The notes below the pieces were generated by a model. It made no database searches. It saw nothing but the letters and a program-made list of their open reading frames with translations, and was not told the DNA's origin. Of a DNA stretch of 64,000 bases, positions 19,045-28,378 are shown one piece after another; position 1 is the first letter of the stretch, and each line of letters opens with the position of its first letter. The position numbers were made by a program, and so were the translations under genes. This stretch comes from Opitutaceae bacterium (GTDB lineage: Bacteria; Verrucomicrobiota; Verrucomicrobiia; Opitutales; Opitutaceae). Location of the stretch: assembly GCA_028281165.1 (NCBI GenBank), contig JANQKI010000013.1, positions 14,825-78,824 on the forward strand. Reading direction: 5' to 3'.

Positions 19045-20284
19045 TGTAAGCATTTTCGAGCTTCAATATAAAAGGAGATATTTTGGAGTTTCTTTTATTC
19101 TTAGCTTCTGCAGCCCATTTTGTCGCTTTTTTCCCAAACAATGTGCCTATCATTTTTCCAAGAGGCTTGATATAAGGTATGGCAAGCACAGCACCTCCTA
19201 AGCTCCCTATGCTTTCAATAAACGTTGCTATATCCATTTCTGTATTGCTATTTTGAATCTGGCCTAATATTCTATCTACCCATTCTTTCGAACTCGCCTC
19301 CATTAATTGCCTTTCTGAAACATGCATACTCAACTCAAGTGCACTAGACACCTCTACGACAGCACTGTGATACGCATTCTTAAAACGGCTCCAATCTCCA
19401 TTTTTTAGATTATATAATTTATTGTAGTTTTCATTCACCAACATTTGAAAGGTTCTGCCGTCAATATAATTGCTTAAGAAACTCCCGAACAAAATTGGGG
19501 ACAAAAGAAAAGCCCTAGGAGAAGCAACTGCCACATTCGCGGACTCTCTAACAAAGGTCGGTGCAAGAAACGGTGAATATACCCAAATATCATCTAGCTC
19601 TTCTTTCATATGCTCGATTGTAGTACCGAACAACTCAAGTTTGGATACATCGAGAACTTCCTGCGTTAATAGAGCTTCTTCGAGAGAAGGAATCAATTCT
19701 ATAGCGATGAGGGAGCCAGTTTTCTCAAACTGCTCATCAACTACCGAAAAAACTTTTTCCATCTGTTTCTCGTCTCTGATACAAGTCGTCGACTCTAACC
19801 TCTCCTTGTATCTCTCAGCAAGATTCTGGTCAGGCATATTTGAGGCTCTAGAAATCACATGACCGCTGTCAAAAATACTCTTAATACTCGCGAGTTCTTT
19901 TCGCGTCTTGTTAATTCCCAAAACAGAACTTGCGTACCCAGTAGCGGATTCAAACATCGCTTGCGGATTGACTCCACCCCAACCGAGAATTTTCAGCGTT
20001 CCTGTTTGCAGCATCTCTCTGACGCGACGATGCTTAAGCACAGAATCTATGACTTTGGAGATAAACGGATCTCTCGCATTATACACTGTAGCGGAGGCTA
20101 TCAACACATAGTCAAAATACAGACTTAGCAGAATCAGATTCTTTATGTGGTAAGCGGTTTCGATCTCAACGTTTGATCGAACTAGCCTGTTGGTCGCGAT
20201 TGAAGTGTAGTAATACTCCGCTAACTCCTCATAGAGAACACTTCTCTCCTTTTGCGGTGAGGAATGTAGCGTTTCATCAGTCAT
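19037..20284 (-). CDS. Orphan 415-aa protein of unknown function with a C-terminal Gly-rich hydrophobic segment
   Basis: A long ORF in AT-rich DNA, where long open frames are unlikely by chance. It is convergent with the methyltransferase gene, and their stops overlap by 8 bp. The C-terminus reads IGSLGGAVLAIPYIKPLGKMIGTLFG followed by a Lys-rich tail. I recognise no catalytic motif. Confidence 0.75.
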   Translation of the reverse strand: MTDETLHSSPQKERSVLYEELAEYYYTSIATNRLVRSNVEIETAYHIKNLILLSLYFDYVLIASATVYNARDPFISKVIDSVLKHRRVREMLQTGTLKILGWGGVNPQAMFESATGYASSVLGINKTRKELASIKSIFDSGHVISRASNMPDQNLAERYKERLESTTCIRDEKQMEKVFSVVDEQFEKTGSLIAIELIPSLEEALLTQEVLDVSKLELFGTTIEHMKEELDDIWVYSPFLAPTFVRESANVAVASPRAFLLSPILFGSFLSNYIDGRTFQMLVNENYNKLYNLKNGDWSRFKNAYHSAVVEVSSALELSMHVSERQLMEASSKEWVDRILGQIQNSNTEMDIATFIESIGSLGGAVLAIPYIKPLGKMIGTLFGKKATKWAAEAKNKRNSKISPFILKLENAYIS

Positions 20285-20286
20285 TT

Positions 20287-20305
20287 ATGGATAATTCCTA
20301 GTTAT
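20287..20305. repeat. Inverted repeat, right copy
   Basis: ATGGATAATTCCTAGTTAT is the exact reverse complement of 18197-18215. It ends 2 nt from the ATG (20284-20282, minus strand) of the 415-aa ORF. Confidence 0.95.
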
Positions 20306-20719
20306 TCATACTTTGGGATTCGGACGACTTGGATAGTGAATCAAGGACGTTAGGCAACTCTTAAGGAGAATCACCGATAGAACTACCCTGAAAACGAACA
20401 AGAGAGGCCCAAAACCTCCCTACTTTTGTCCTACACTGGACAGGTTAGAGACTCAGCTAAAACCAGATCTGGGTGACCACAACAGGGAATCTAAGCAGCG
20501 AAGAGTGATCCGAATGTCTATCGTGTGTTGTTCCCTCAAGCAATGCATTACACTCGCGACTCGAAAGCTGAATCGTTTCTCGATCACTCGCCATTCCATT
20601 CCAACATCAGCCAACAAGGGACATCCCAAGACAAATCCTTGTGGACCTATGAGTGGACATGGACGTCAATTGAATCCGTAAACACTTGATACAGAGAGTA
20701 TTTCCAAATAATTTCTACA

Positions 20720-20747
20720 GGTTCGACTCCCGCCACCTCCACCAATT
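20720..20747 (+). repeat. Direct repeat copy 2 (displaced tmRNA 3' end)
   Basis: GGTTCGACTCCCGCCACCTCCACCAATT, identical to 16913-16940 but not attached to a tmRNA body. Confidence 0.95.
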
Positions 20748-20845
20748 TCCAGCTTTGCTGGAAACTGCCGCACCGTAGCTCGAAGAGCGAAGGCGGGCTC
20801 CGCCTGTTCGGAGAGGAACGCGCAACACGATGCATACTCGCTACG

Positions 20846-21540
20846 CTACCTTCCCATCCAGCCACCGTCGGCAATTAAGGTCGTGCCAGTCACATAGTTC
20901 GAAGCATCGCTTGCGAGAAAGACGATAGGGCCTTTGAAATCGTTGGGCTCGCCTCATCGGTTCGCAGGGATTCGCTCCAAGATTTGGCGGCTTCGAACCG
21001 GATCCTTCCCAAGGCTTCCGAGTTGTCGGTTTCGATGTAGCCGGGGCAATCGCGTTTACACAAACTCCAGATTTCGCCCATTCGTTGCTCAGAGCCATGG
21101 TCAGCTGCTCGATGGCTCCATTGCTCGCGGCATACCCGGGAACGGTAATCCCGCCCTGAAAGCTTAATAGCGAAACTGTGAAGATAATCTTTCCGCGCCC
21201 ACGCTCGATCGTGCCCTTTCCTATTTCCCGAGCCAACACGAACTGAGCATTCAGATTCACTGCGATTACCTTATCCCAAAGCTTGTCGCCATGCTCTGCT
21301 GCCGGAGCCCTTAAGATCGTTCCCGCATTGTTCACCAGAATATCGATACAGGAATGATTTTCGAGCAACTGCCCCACAAAGGCTTTCACTGCTTCCCTGT
21401 TAGAGAAATCGCAACGGTAGGGCCAAAATCGCCTTCCCTCTCTTTCAACTGCCTCGCGAACCGGGCTCGAGCCTTCTGGCAGACTCGCAGACACTACTAC
21501 GATATCTGCTCCTGCTTCAGCAAGCCCCTCCGTGATCGGC
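20846..21540 (-). pseudogene. kduD: 2-dehydro-3-deoxy-D-gluconate 5-dehydrogenase (KduD-like SDR) remnant
   Basis: The SDR sequence is readable only across three frames: ITEGLAEAGADIVVV...NNAG...YAASNGAIEQL...NAIAP | GYIETDNSEAL | [52 protein letters not shown]. There are frame changes near 21040-21046 and about 21005, and an in-frame TGA at 20954-20956. The N-terminal Gly-rich motif is missing. Confidence 0.8.
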
Positions 21541-22372
21541 CAGCAACGCCACTAGCATCGCGATATAAAACGGCGTCATCGCCCGCGCCACTCTGGCCAT
21601 ATCCGACTTCCCAACGCTGCACCCCACAAAGAGACATGTCCCCACAGGAGGAGTACAGAGGCCAATACAGAGGTTCGCGATCATTACGATTCCGAAATGG
21701 ACCGGATCCATACCGATCTTCTCGACCACGGGCATCAGAATCGCGGGCGTTATGTCTATGAACACTCCCGCCGCAAGAAACAACGCGTTCAGGATTAGCA
21801 AGATCGCGATCGGATTATCGGAAAAGCCAACCAATACGGCACTCGCCTCCTGAGGCGCTTGTTCGCTAATCAATAGCTGGCTCATCGCTCGACTTGCCGC
21901 TACCGGCAAGAACACTACAGAGGTCGTTTTGGCCGAGCGGAGCAACAGCTCGCTCAAGCTGTTCAATGGAATCTCCCTATACGCAACGGATCCTAGCGCG
22001 AAAGCCCAAACAACCGCGACGGCTGACGCCTCCGTTGCGGTAAAGACACCGCCTAGTATCCCTCCCAGCACTACGAAGATGAGAGCTAGACCAGGTAGCG
22101 CGCGCCAAAGACTCTTTCCTAGTCTTGGAATCTCTTCGATCTTATCCGCAGCAAATGCCCCGGCGCGACACTTCCAAATCGCAACCAATATCAAGCAGAG
22201 CCCCACCATAATGCCAGGACCGACTCCTCCCTCCCAAGAACAAAGCTCCCACCGACACGTTAGCCGCGATAACCGCTTAGACGATCATCACATTGCTAGG
22301 CGGAATCGGCAAACCCACCGTCGCAGACGCGGGCGTTATTTTCCGTGGATGGTAATAAAACTTCCTAATATA
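21541..22372 (-). pseudogene. dctM: TRAP transporter large permease (DctM) remnant, fused to kduD'
   Basis: The C-terminal half is DctM-like (..IDITPAILMPVVEKIGMDPVHFGIVMIANLCIGLCTPPVGTCLF..). Upstream, the piece ATVGLPIPPSNVMIV*AVIAANVSVGALF carries an in-frame TAA at 22277-22279, and there is a frame change near 22210-22240. The N-terminal ~200 aa and the last ~20 aa are absent. Confidence 0.75.
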
Positions 22373-22380
22373 AATTCGAG

Positions 22381-23136
22381 TCAGCGAGTGCTTACTTTTT
22401 TGGATACAGGGGTATCGGTGGCCAGAGCCCTTTGCTGTTGTTCATCCTTGTGAAGAACGACCCGGTCGACGCCGAATCCAGTGGAGCGACCGCCGATGTA
22501 GAGAAGGTAATCGCCGACAACTTCGAATGTGAAAGTGTTGAAATTGCCGTCCCAGATTTGCTTGCCATCCCAGCCGAACTTGTTCCAGTGAAATTTTCCG
22601 GGTTCTTTGCCGCCCAAGCGAGTAGCGCGACGGGGAGTACGCATGAGATTGATCCAAGCGTCGTTGTCGCCGTCTTCCTCATGGTGGATGACGCGCACTC
22701 TGGCACGATAGGTGCCTGGATTTTGAATACGGATTGGAAAAATGAGACGGTCCTCGATGTTTTGCTGGTACTTGACCAGAACGTCAGTATTATGCCCATC
22801 ATCGTTTCCTTGGAGGTTTTCGCCAACGTATTTGACGTAGCCTTCGCCTGTATAGCCTTCAGGTTCAGTTGCGAGGATCCAGTTTTCGTTGCGAGGCACG
22901 GATTCGCATTCCATGACAATGTATCCCTTATCCTCGAGGTAATAGAAACTAGGCGTGGTGAGCTTGATGGAGCTGGCGGACATGTCGGGGTCCGATGCAT
23001 CGCCCCAGAAATTATCATAGTAATCTCTAGTCTGATTGGAGTGTGACGCATCTTGGTTGGCGCTGTCCTGGGCTTGGACGGTCAGGGTGGAGGCGAAAAG
23101 AGTGGTGGCTAGGGAGAGGGAAGTGTATATACGCAT
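22381..23136 (-). CDS. Secreted hypothetical protein (possible beta-sandwich carbohydrate-binding fold)
   Basis: 251 aa with a signal peptide, MRIYTSLSLATTLFASTLTVQAQ. The rest is an aromatic/Gly-rich beta-type sequence. Overlapping long ORFs in other frames are taken as shadows. Confidence 0.65.
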   Translation of the reverse strand: MRIYTSLSLATTLFASTLTVQAQDSANQDASHSNQTRDYYDNFWGDASDPDMSASSIKLTTPSFYYLEDKGYIVMECESVPRNENWILATEPEGYTGEGYVKYVGENLQGNDDGHNTDVLVKYQQNIEDRLIFPIRIQNPGTYRARVRVIHHEEDGDNDAWINLMRTPRRATRLGGKEPGKFHWNKFGWDGKQIWDGNFNTFTFEVVGDYLLYIGGRSTGFGVDRVVLHKDEQQQRALATDTPVSKKVSTR

Positions 23137-23235
23137 GTAATCGCTATATTGATTAAATTTATAGGGTGTGATTTGGCATTCTCATTGTTGTTTCAAACCT
23201 GTAAGAAAGTACTGAAAGCGGTGACAAGGGGCCTC

Positions 23236-23272
23236 GAAAAACGAGCAGTCCTTGAAGTAAGGACTGCTCGTT
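23236..23272 (-). terminator. Intrinsic terminator after the TonB-dependent receptor gene
   Basis: AACGAGCAGTCCTT / AAGGACTGCTCGTT is a perfect 14-bp stem with a 5-nt loop, followed on the minus strand by TTTT. Confidence 0.75.
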
Positions 23273-23338
23273 GACGATAAGTAAACATTGAATTGATATC
23301 GCGGACTCCCTCAATGGAAAGGGGTGTGGTAATCAAAA

Positions 23339-25666
23339 TCAGTATTCAACATTAAATGACATCAGGTACTCCGCAGGAAGCTCCCGGTAGTAAGCGTCCC
23401 GTGTTCCGGGAACCCAACCTCTATTTCTTTCATCCAGTTTGAAGAGGTTTTTAGCAGCCAAGTTTAGACGGTACTTGTATTTATCGTCTTCCCACGCGTA
23501 GCCAACGCCCGCTTGCAACGCGGTGCGAGCATCAATATAAGCCGGTGCGCCGCCGCGGTTGTGCGTCCTCTGCCGCTCGCTGCGCCAAATCACACCACCC
23601 GAAGCGGAAAAGCCGTTGAGAGGGCCTTCAGACCATTTGTACTTGCTGAAGATACTGGCTTTGTGGTCGAAATCATTCAACCTGCGACCGACAGCATCAG
23701 GGTCGAGATTGGCGGAAATCGTGGCGTCTTTGTATCCATAGCTGAATACAATATTCCAGCCAGCCATCGGATAGAAGAAGAAGTCCGCGTCAACGCCTTC
23801 GTAGGTGGTTTCACCGACCGAAACGTTTGCCCCTACTGGATCAATACTCGGATCGGCCGTCGGATTGAATTGATTAGGCGCGGTTTCATCAAATTGGATG
23901 GTATTGGACTCTGTGATCTTGTAGATGCTGAACGTTCCGCTGATTTTCCCGTTTGGGTCAGCGAATTTAGCGCCGACTTCATGTATTTCGCCCTGCTTGG
24001 GGCCAAATTGATTTCCGAAGCCATCTTCCCTGCCCTGATTACTGTCTATCGATTGCGAGAAGTTAACGTAGACACCCAACATATCGTTGACCGAATAGAT
24101 AGCTCCAATCTGTGGCATCGAATCGCTTTCGTTGTAACCAGTTCTTCTTGACTCAGCGCCAAGCGGAAGATCGGAGCTCGTGCGGTTCCATGCGATATTT
24201 GTCTGCGTGAGGTCGGTATCGTAAATCCCGATCATTGTCGTTAGCCTATCATTAAACCACTTGGTGTGGTGGCTCAGATAGACAGAATTCCAGTCGAAGA
24301 TCGCCAAGTCGTCGTCCTGCCAGGGTCCTCTGCCATGAAAGGGCGGGACATGGTACATCTGATCTTTTTCGAATAGCGAGTAGGTGTTTCCCGACACACG
24401 ATCTCCATTCTCATCAACCCAATAGTCTCTCACTCTGTCAGTTGTATCGTACTGGGTGAGGTAGCCTGCAACGAAGCGGTGACGTTGCTCGCCGAGGTCC
24501 AGGTGCCAAGCGACCTGAGCTCGGACGCCTTCAACAATCTGGTCTCTATCGACTTGCCGAAAGTGGTTGGTCCACCAAACCCATTCGCCATCTTCATCTT
24601 GTCTCGGACCGGCTCCGTTGGGCAAGGGCCCCCAGTGAACCTTTCGGTTATGGTAGTTGTAATCCACATTCACCGTCACGTTTTGATCAAATCGGTGTTC
24701 GACGGAGATTAGGGTGTCGTTTACGATTTCAGGAGTCGCGTAGTTGATCTCGGTGGGGGTAAAGGAAATGCCTTCATCCAAGCGATTAGGTTCATAGTTG
24801 CCGTTGAAGTAATGGACCAATGGCACTTGACCTGGAAGATTACCGCCGGTCGGATCAGGCACGTTGATCATATTCTGGAACGCTACGTCCTGGTTGGCTT
24901 GGCGCTCGCCATTCACAGTATAATACTCGTGCTGGATGCCGAGAAGCGTGTTGTCGGTGAAGTTGAACGTCAGCGACGGCATAATGTTCTCCAACTCGCG
25001 CCTTCCAATCTGATTTTCGTAATCTCCACTTTCCAGGCCACCGGCTAAACGAAAGGTAGCGAACGCCTTGCCATCGTCTCTCATGGACAAGCGCCTATTG
25101 AAATCGAAGTTGGCAATCATGCGGTCCAGCGGCTTGCCGTACAGGAACTTGAACTTCGTGAAATCGCGGTACGGGTTCGGCTTCTTGGTGACTACGTTGA
25201 TAACCCCGCCTGGCTTAGTCACGCCATCGAGAATCGCGTTAGGACCTTTGATGACTTCCACTCTGTCTATCGTCGCGGACCCATTGTCCGAATAGCGCCT
25301 GAAACCATTGCGTAGATACTCGAGACTATTGATGCCGCGAACGTTCTTGCCTTCGACCGAACCCATCCAGGAAGTGGCCTCGCGATTGGCGCCGCCGAAG
25401 GTGTGCGTTTGGCCCCCAAAGGCGAACACGTCCTCCATGAATTGCTCCGTCACGACCTGGAGGTTGAACGGCACGTCTTTCAGGGGAACGGACATGCGGG
25501 TAGCCGCTTGGGAGTTCGTCGTTTCGTAAGCCGCGGATTCGTTCGCCTGTACATTGAAAGGCGATAGCTCGAATACGATATTATCGTCCTGAGCCAATGC
25601 AGTAGCCCCTAACAGGAGCCCGGGTAGCAAAAGGAATTTGCGATAGTTTGATTTTTTTTCCTTCAT
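23339..25666 (-). CDS. TonB-dependent outer-membrane receptor (no STN domain)
   Basis: 775 aa with a signal peptide. It has a plug domain (DRVEVIKGPNAILDGVTKPGGVINVVTKKP), a long beta-barrel and a terminal aromatic residue (..SFNVEY). It is paralogous to 28379..31039. Confidence 0.9.
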   Translation of the reverse strand: MKEKKSNYRKFLLLPGLLLGATALAQDDNIVFELSPFNVQANESAAYETTNSQAATRMSVPLKDVPFNLQVVTEQFMEDVFAFGGQTHTFGGANREATSWMGSVEGKNVRGINSLEYLRNGFRRYSDNGSATIDRVEVIKGPNAILDGVTKPGGVINVVTKKPNPYRDFTKFKFLYGKPLDRMIANFDFNRRLSMRDDGKAFATFRLAGGLESGDYENQIGRRELENIMPSLTFNFTDNTLLGIQHEYYTVNGERQANQDVAFQNMINVPDPTGGNLPGQVPLVHYFNGNYEPNRLDEGISFTPTEINYATPEIVNDTLISVEHRFDQNVTVNVDYNYHNRKVHWGPLPNGAGPRQDEDGEWVWWTNHFRQVDRDQIVEGVRAQVAWHLDLGEQRHRFVAGYLTQYDTTDRVRDYWVDENGDRVSGNTYSLFEKDQMYHVPPFHGRGPWQDDDLAIFDWNSVYLSHHTKWFNDRLTTMIGIYDTDLTQTNIAWNRTSSDLPLGAESRRTGYNESDSMPQIGAIYSVNDMLGVYVNFSQSIDSNQGREDGFGNQFGPKQGEIHEVGAKFADPNGKISGTFSIYKITESNTIQFDETAPNQFNPTADPSIDPVGANVSVGETTYEGVDADFFFYPMAGWNIVFSYGYKDATISANLDPDAVGRRLNDFDHKASIFSKYKWSEGPLNGFSASGGVIWRSERQRTHNRGGAPAYIDARTALQAGVGYAWEDDKYKYRLNLAAKNLFKLDERNRGWVPGTRDAYYRELPAEYLMSFNVEY

Positions 25667-25840
25667 TTAGTGTGAGTGGAATTCAGATACATAGTTTGAA
25701 TGGTCGCCCAAAAGCGATTTCTAGAATCGACTATAGGCGAAATTATATATCGATAAACGCAGCCCATTTGATTCCGGTTGGATCAATAGATCTGCAAAAC
25801 GCTCCGACTCTAATAGATAATCGGATTCGAAGCGGTGTTA

Positions 25841-25874
25841 GTGTGTTTTTGGGGAGAGTGTGTTTTTGGGGAGA
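25841..25874. repeat. Perfect tandem duplication, 17 bp x 2
   Basis: GTGTGTTTTTGGGGAGA GTGTGTTTTTGGGGAGA, in an ~840-bp region with no convincing ORF. Confidence 0.9.
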
Positions 25875-26505
25875 GAAAACCGCTAGCTACGGCTTTAGCT
25901 TTAGAAAGAAGACACAACCGCTATGAAAATCACTTAAAGAAAATCTCACCGCGTCTTGAATTTTCTTCAAATTGCGGCCTTGGAAAGCGCAAAGCAAGTG
26001 TTTGTAGGAGCGGCTTGGTGCCCGCCTATAATTCCTATTAGAGAGCCTCAAAGCTAGGCTCTAAAGTATCACGGGATTAAATCGATCCTACATGCAACTA
26101 AACTGAACAACACATATTTATTGGACAGCCTCATATACTGACGTGATACGAACGAAGCAAATGTATCCACATTTAGAGACATGCAATGTATTCGTTAGCA
26201 GCGTAGTTATTATAAAGACACAGTAACCTGAGAAATCACTTAAAAATTTTTGGCGATTGTCTTACGCTATCGGAATCACGCCCAAACGAATCGACGCGCT
26301 TTCCGAGAGCGCCATGGGTTCGCTTCGGCAAGAGTTTGAACGCTGTCTCTTCCGCATAAGTCGTGCCAAAGGCTACATCCCAAGAGCAGCCTTGTTAAGG
26401 CAGTCTCTTAAAAGAACTCGACTTTATTTAGGTGATTTTGAGACTTAAAGTGTCTTCTGTCTAGGGGGCATCGCGGTCCCCTTGCCCCCTTTAAGTTTAA
26501 ATTTG

Positions 26506-27054
26506 ATGGAATGCAGACACGCAGAGCAATCACGCTGGTTCGTAGACGAAGTGCTGCCGCACGAAGCCGATCTTCGAACCTGGTTGCTGGGACGCTATCC
26601 GCTCGTTGGCGAAACGGAGATTGATGATATCGTGCAAGAAGCGTTTTCACGTATCCTCAAGTCTCATGCGTCCGACCCTATTGTTAACCCACGAGCGTTT
26701 CTCTTTGTCACCGCTAGAAATCTCGCTTTAAATCAAATCAGACGTTTCCGCAAAGAGCAATCAACGGAATCCGATAGCCCGAGCCCGCTTGCGATTGCGG
26801 ACGGCGCGAACACCCCATTTGAATCCGTCGCCTTGGACGAGGAATTGAAATGCTTAGTCGATGCCATTAAGGAGCTACCGGAGCGGTGCCAGCAAATCAT
26901 GATACTACGAAAGATCTATGGCTTCTCGCAAAAGGAAGTCGCTGCAAAACTGGACCTATCCGTCCGTACAGTCGAAGCCCAAATTGCAATCGGTTTAAAA
27001 AAATGTGCCGCCTATTTCCGTAGAAACGGATACCTGCGCAGATTCAAGAAATGA
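26506..27054 (+). CDS. ECF (sigma-70 family, FecI-like) sigma factor
   Basis: It has region 2 (DIVQEAFSRILK...FLFVTARNLALNQIRR) and region 4 (QIMILRKIYGFSQKEVAAKLDLSVRTVEAQI). The ORF is open from 26482; I prefer the Met at 26506. Confidence 0.85.
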   Translation: MECRHAEQSRWFVDEVLPHEADLRTWLLGRYPLVGETEIDDIVQEAFSRILKSHASDPIVNPRAFLFVTARNLALNQIRRFRKEQSTESDSPSPLAIADGANTPFESVALDEELKCLVDAIKELPERCQQIMILRKIYGFSQKEVAAKLDLSVRTVEAQIAIGLKKCAAYFRRNGYLRRFKK

Positions 27055-28094
27055 ACCCATCCACACCGAATAATCACGAAGATTCTGATCTAGAAAACGC
27101 TGCTTCCCAGTGGGCTGCGCGGATTGATCGTGACCTTACTCCAGAGGAGCAAGACGAGTATATGAGTTGGCTGGCGGCCGATCCCAGCCACCGCGAAGCG
27201 ATTCGTCTCTATCAATGGTGCTGGGATGAGTTCGATCGGATCGCAGGCATGCGAAACACGAATCATGCGCTTGCAGATATAGACGGAATTGCCCGTGACA
27301 AAACGATAGAGGAGGGGAAAAAAGGAGTTCGAACCACACTTGTCGCGTTCACAGCTGCTTCACTGGCAATCGCCGCATCGGTTTTCTTGGCCGTCCTTCT
27401 GTGGTCCGAATTTGGCAAAGGAAACACGATTGTTTCGGATCCGCAGGATTCTCTAAACTGGGCGCGTGTTGAGCGCCTTGAATTAGGCGATGGCTCATTA
27501 ATCGAAATCAATCGAGGGGCTCTGGTAGAATCGCGATATTCAACAACGGAACGCCGCGTTCGACTCATTCGGGGTGAGGCGAATTTTACGGTAGCCAAGG
27601 AATTTCAACGACCCTTTGTTGTAGAGGCCGCCGGCGCATCAATCCGCGCCGTTGGAACGGAATTCAATGTTCGCATCACCGAGGATATGCTCGATGTCAC
27701 CGTAAGGGAGGGCAAAGTGAGTTTTCAAAGTATGCCACACTCCGAAACCAGGACGACCAGCGAAGAACTCGTTTCAATCGGTCAGCAAGCGAGGATGCTG
27801 CTCGACTCTAAAACCGGAAGAATTGAAGTCTCCAATCTCGCTCCGCAACAGCTGGAGACCAAACTCATTTGGCAGCCAAAGGAAATGGACCTCGACGCCA
27901 TGCCCTTGAGCGAAATCATCGAGGAATTGAATCGACGTAATCCCATAAAAATTTCCCTCGGCGATCCCTCCCTCGGTTCCCAGAGACTCAGTGGCTTTAT
28001 TTGGTCGGACGACGTCCGAGGCTTCATCGACATGATGAGAGAGCTCGATATGGATGCCCAATTTCTAAGCCCCGTAGAAGTGGTGCTGAATTGA
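27051..28094 (+). CDS. FecR-family anti-sigma factor / transmembrane sensor
   Basis: 347 aa. It overlaps the sigma gene by 4 bp (ATGA). It has an N-terminal anti-sigma segment, one TM helix (TLVAFTAASLAIAASVFLAVLLW) and a periplasmic FecR-type domain. Confidence 0.85.
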   Translation: MNPSTPNNHEDSDLENAASQWAARIDRDLTPEEQDEYMSWLAADPSHREAIRLYQWCWDEFDRIAGMRNTNHALADIDGIARDKTIEEGKKGVRTTLVAFTAASLAIAASVFLAVLLWSEFGKGNTIVSDPQDSLNWARVERLELGDGSLIEINRGALVESRYSTTERRVRLIRGEANFTVAKEFQRPFVVEAAGASIRAVGTEFNVRITEDMLDVTVREGKVSFQSMPHSETRTTSEELVSIGQQARMLLDSKTGRIEVSNLAPQQLETKLIWQPKEMDLDAMPLSEIIEELNRRNPIKISLGDPSLGSQRLSGFIWSDDVRGFIDMMRELDMDAQFLSPVEVVLN

Positions 28095-28378
28095 GTGCTA
28101 TGATCGCGAGAGAGACCGGGGATTTCGAAAAGATCCTCCCCGATTAGTTTGTTTTATGCGAGCTGCTCGATAGGGTTGTCTTGAATATTTTGGGGGGAAT
28201 TGTTTAGCCCAAATATCAAAAGCTAGCTTGTAGAGAGGTATTGCATTGCAAATCCCGTCTCGCAGATTTTAATTTAATTGCCCCATCGAATGGCGGTTTG
28301 AGTTATATATTGAACCGCCCTCGAATTAATTGAACTACATGCGAATTTACCCTGTTTTGGTGCCGCGATTCCGCACTC

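Noticed and set aside
20457-20594. A 45-codon minus-strand ORF (MASDRETIQLSSRECNALLEGTT...) near attR, considered as an excisionase.
   Set aside because: No convincing HTH or Xis/AlpA pattern, it is very short, and it has no obvious ribosome-binding site. I mention it only as the sole candidate.
22392-23051. 219-aa (minus strand) and 204-aa (plus strand, 22432..23046) ORFs overlapping the 251-aa secreted-protein gene.
   Set aside because: Only the 22381..23136 frame has a signal peptide and balanced composition. The others are Ser/Thr/Ala/Pro-rich or lack features. They are overlapping-frame artefacts.
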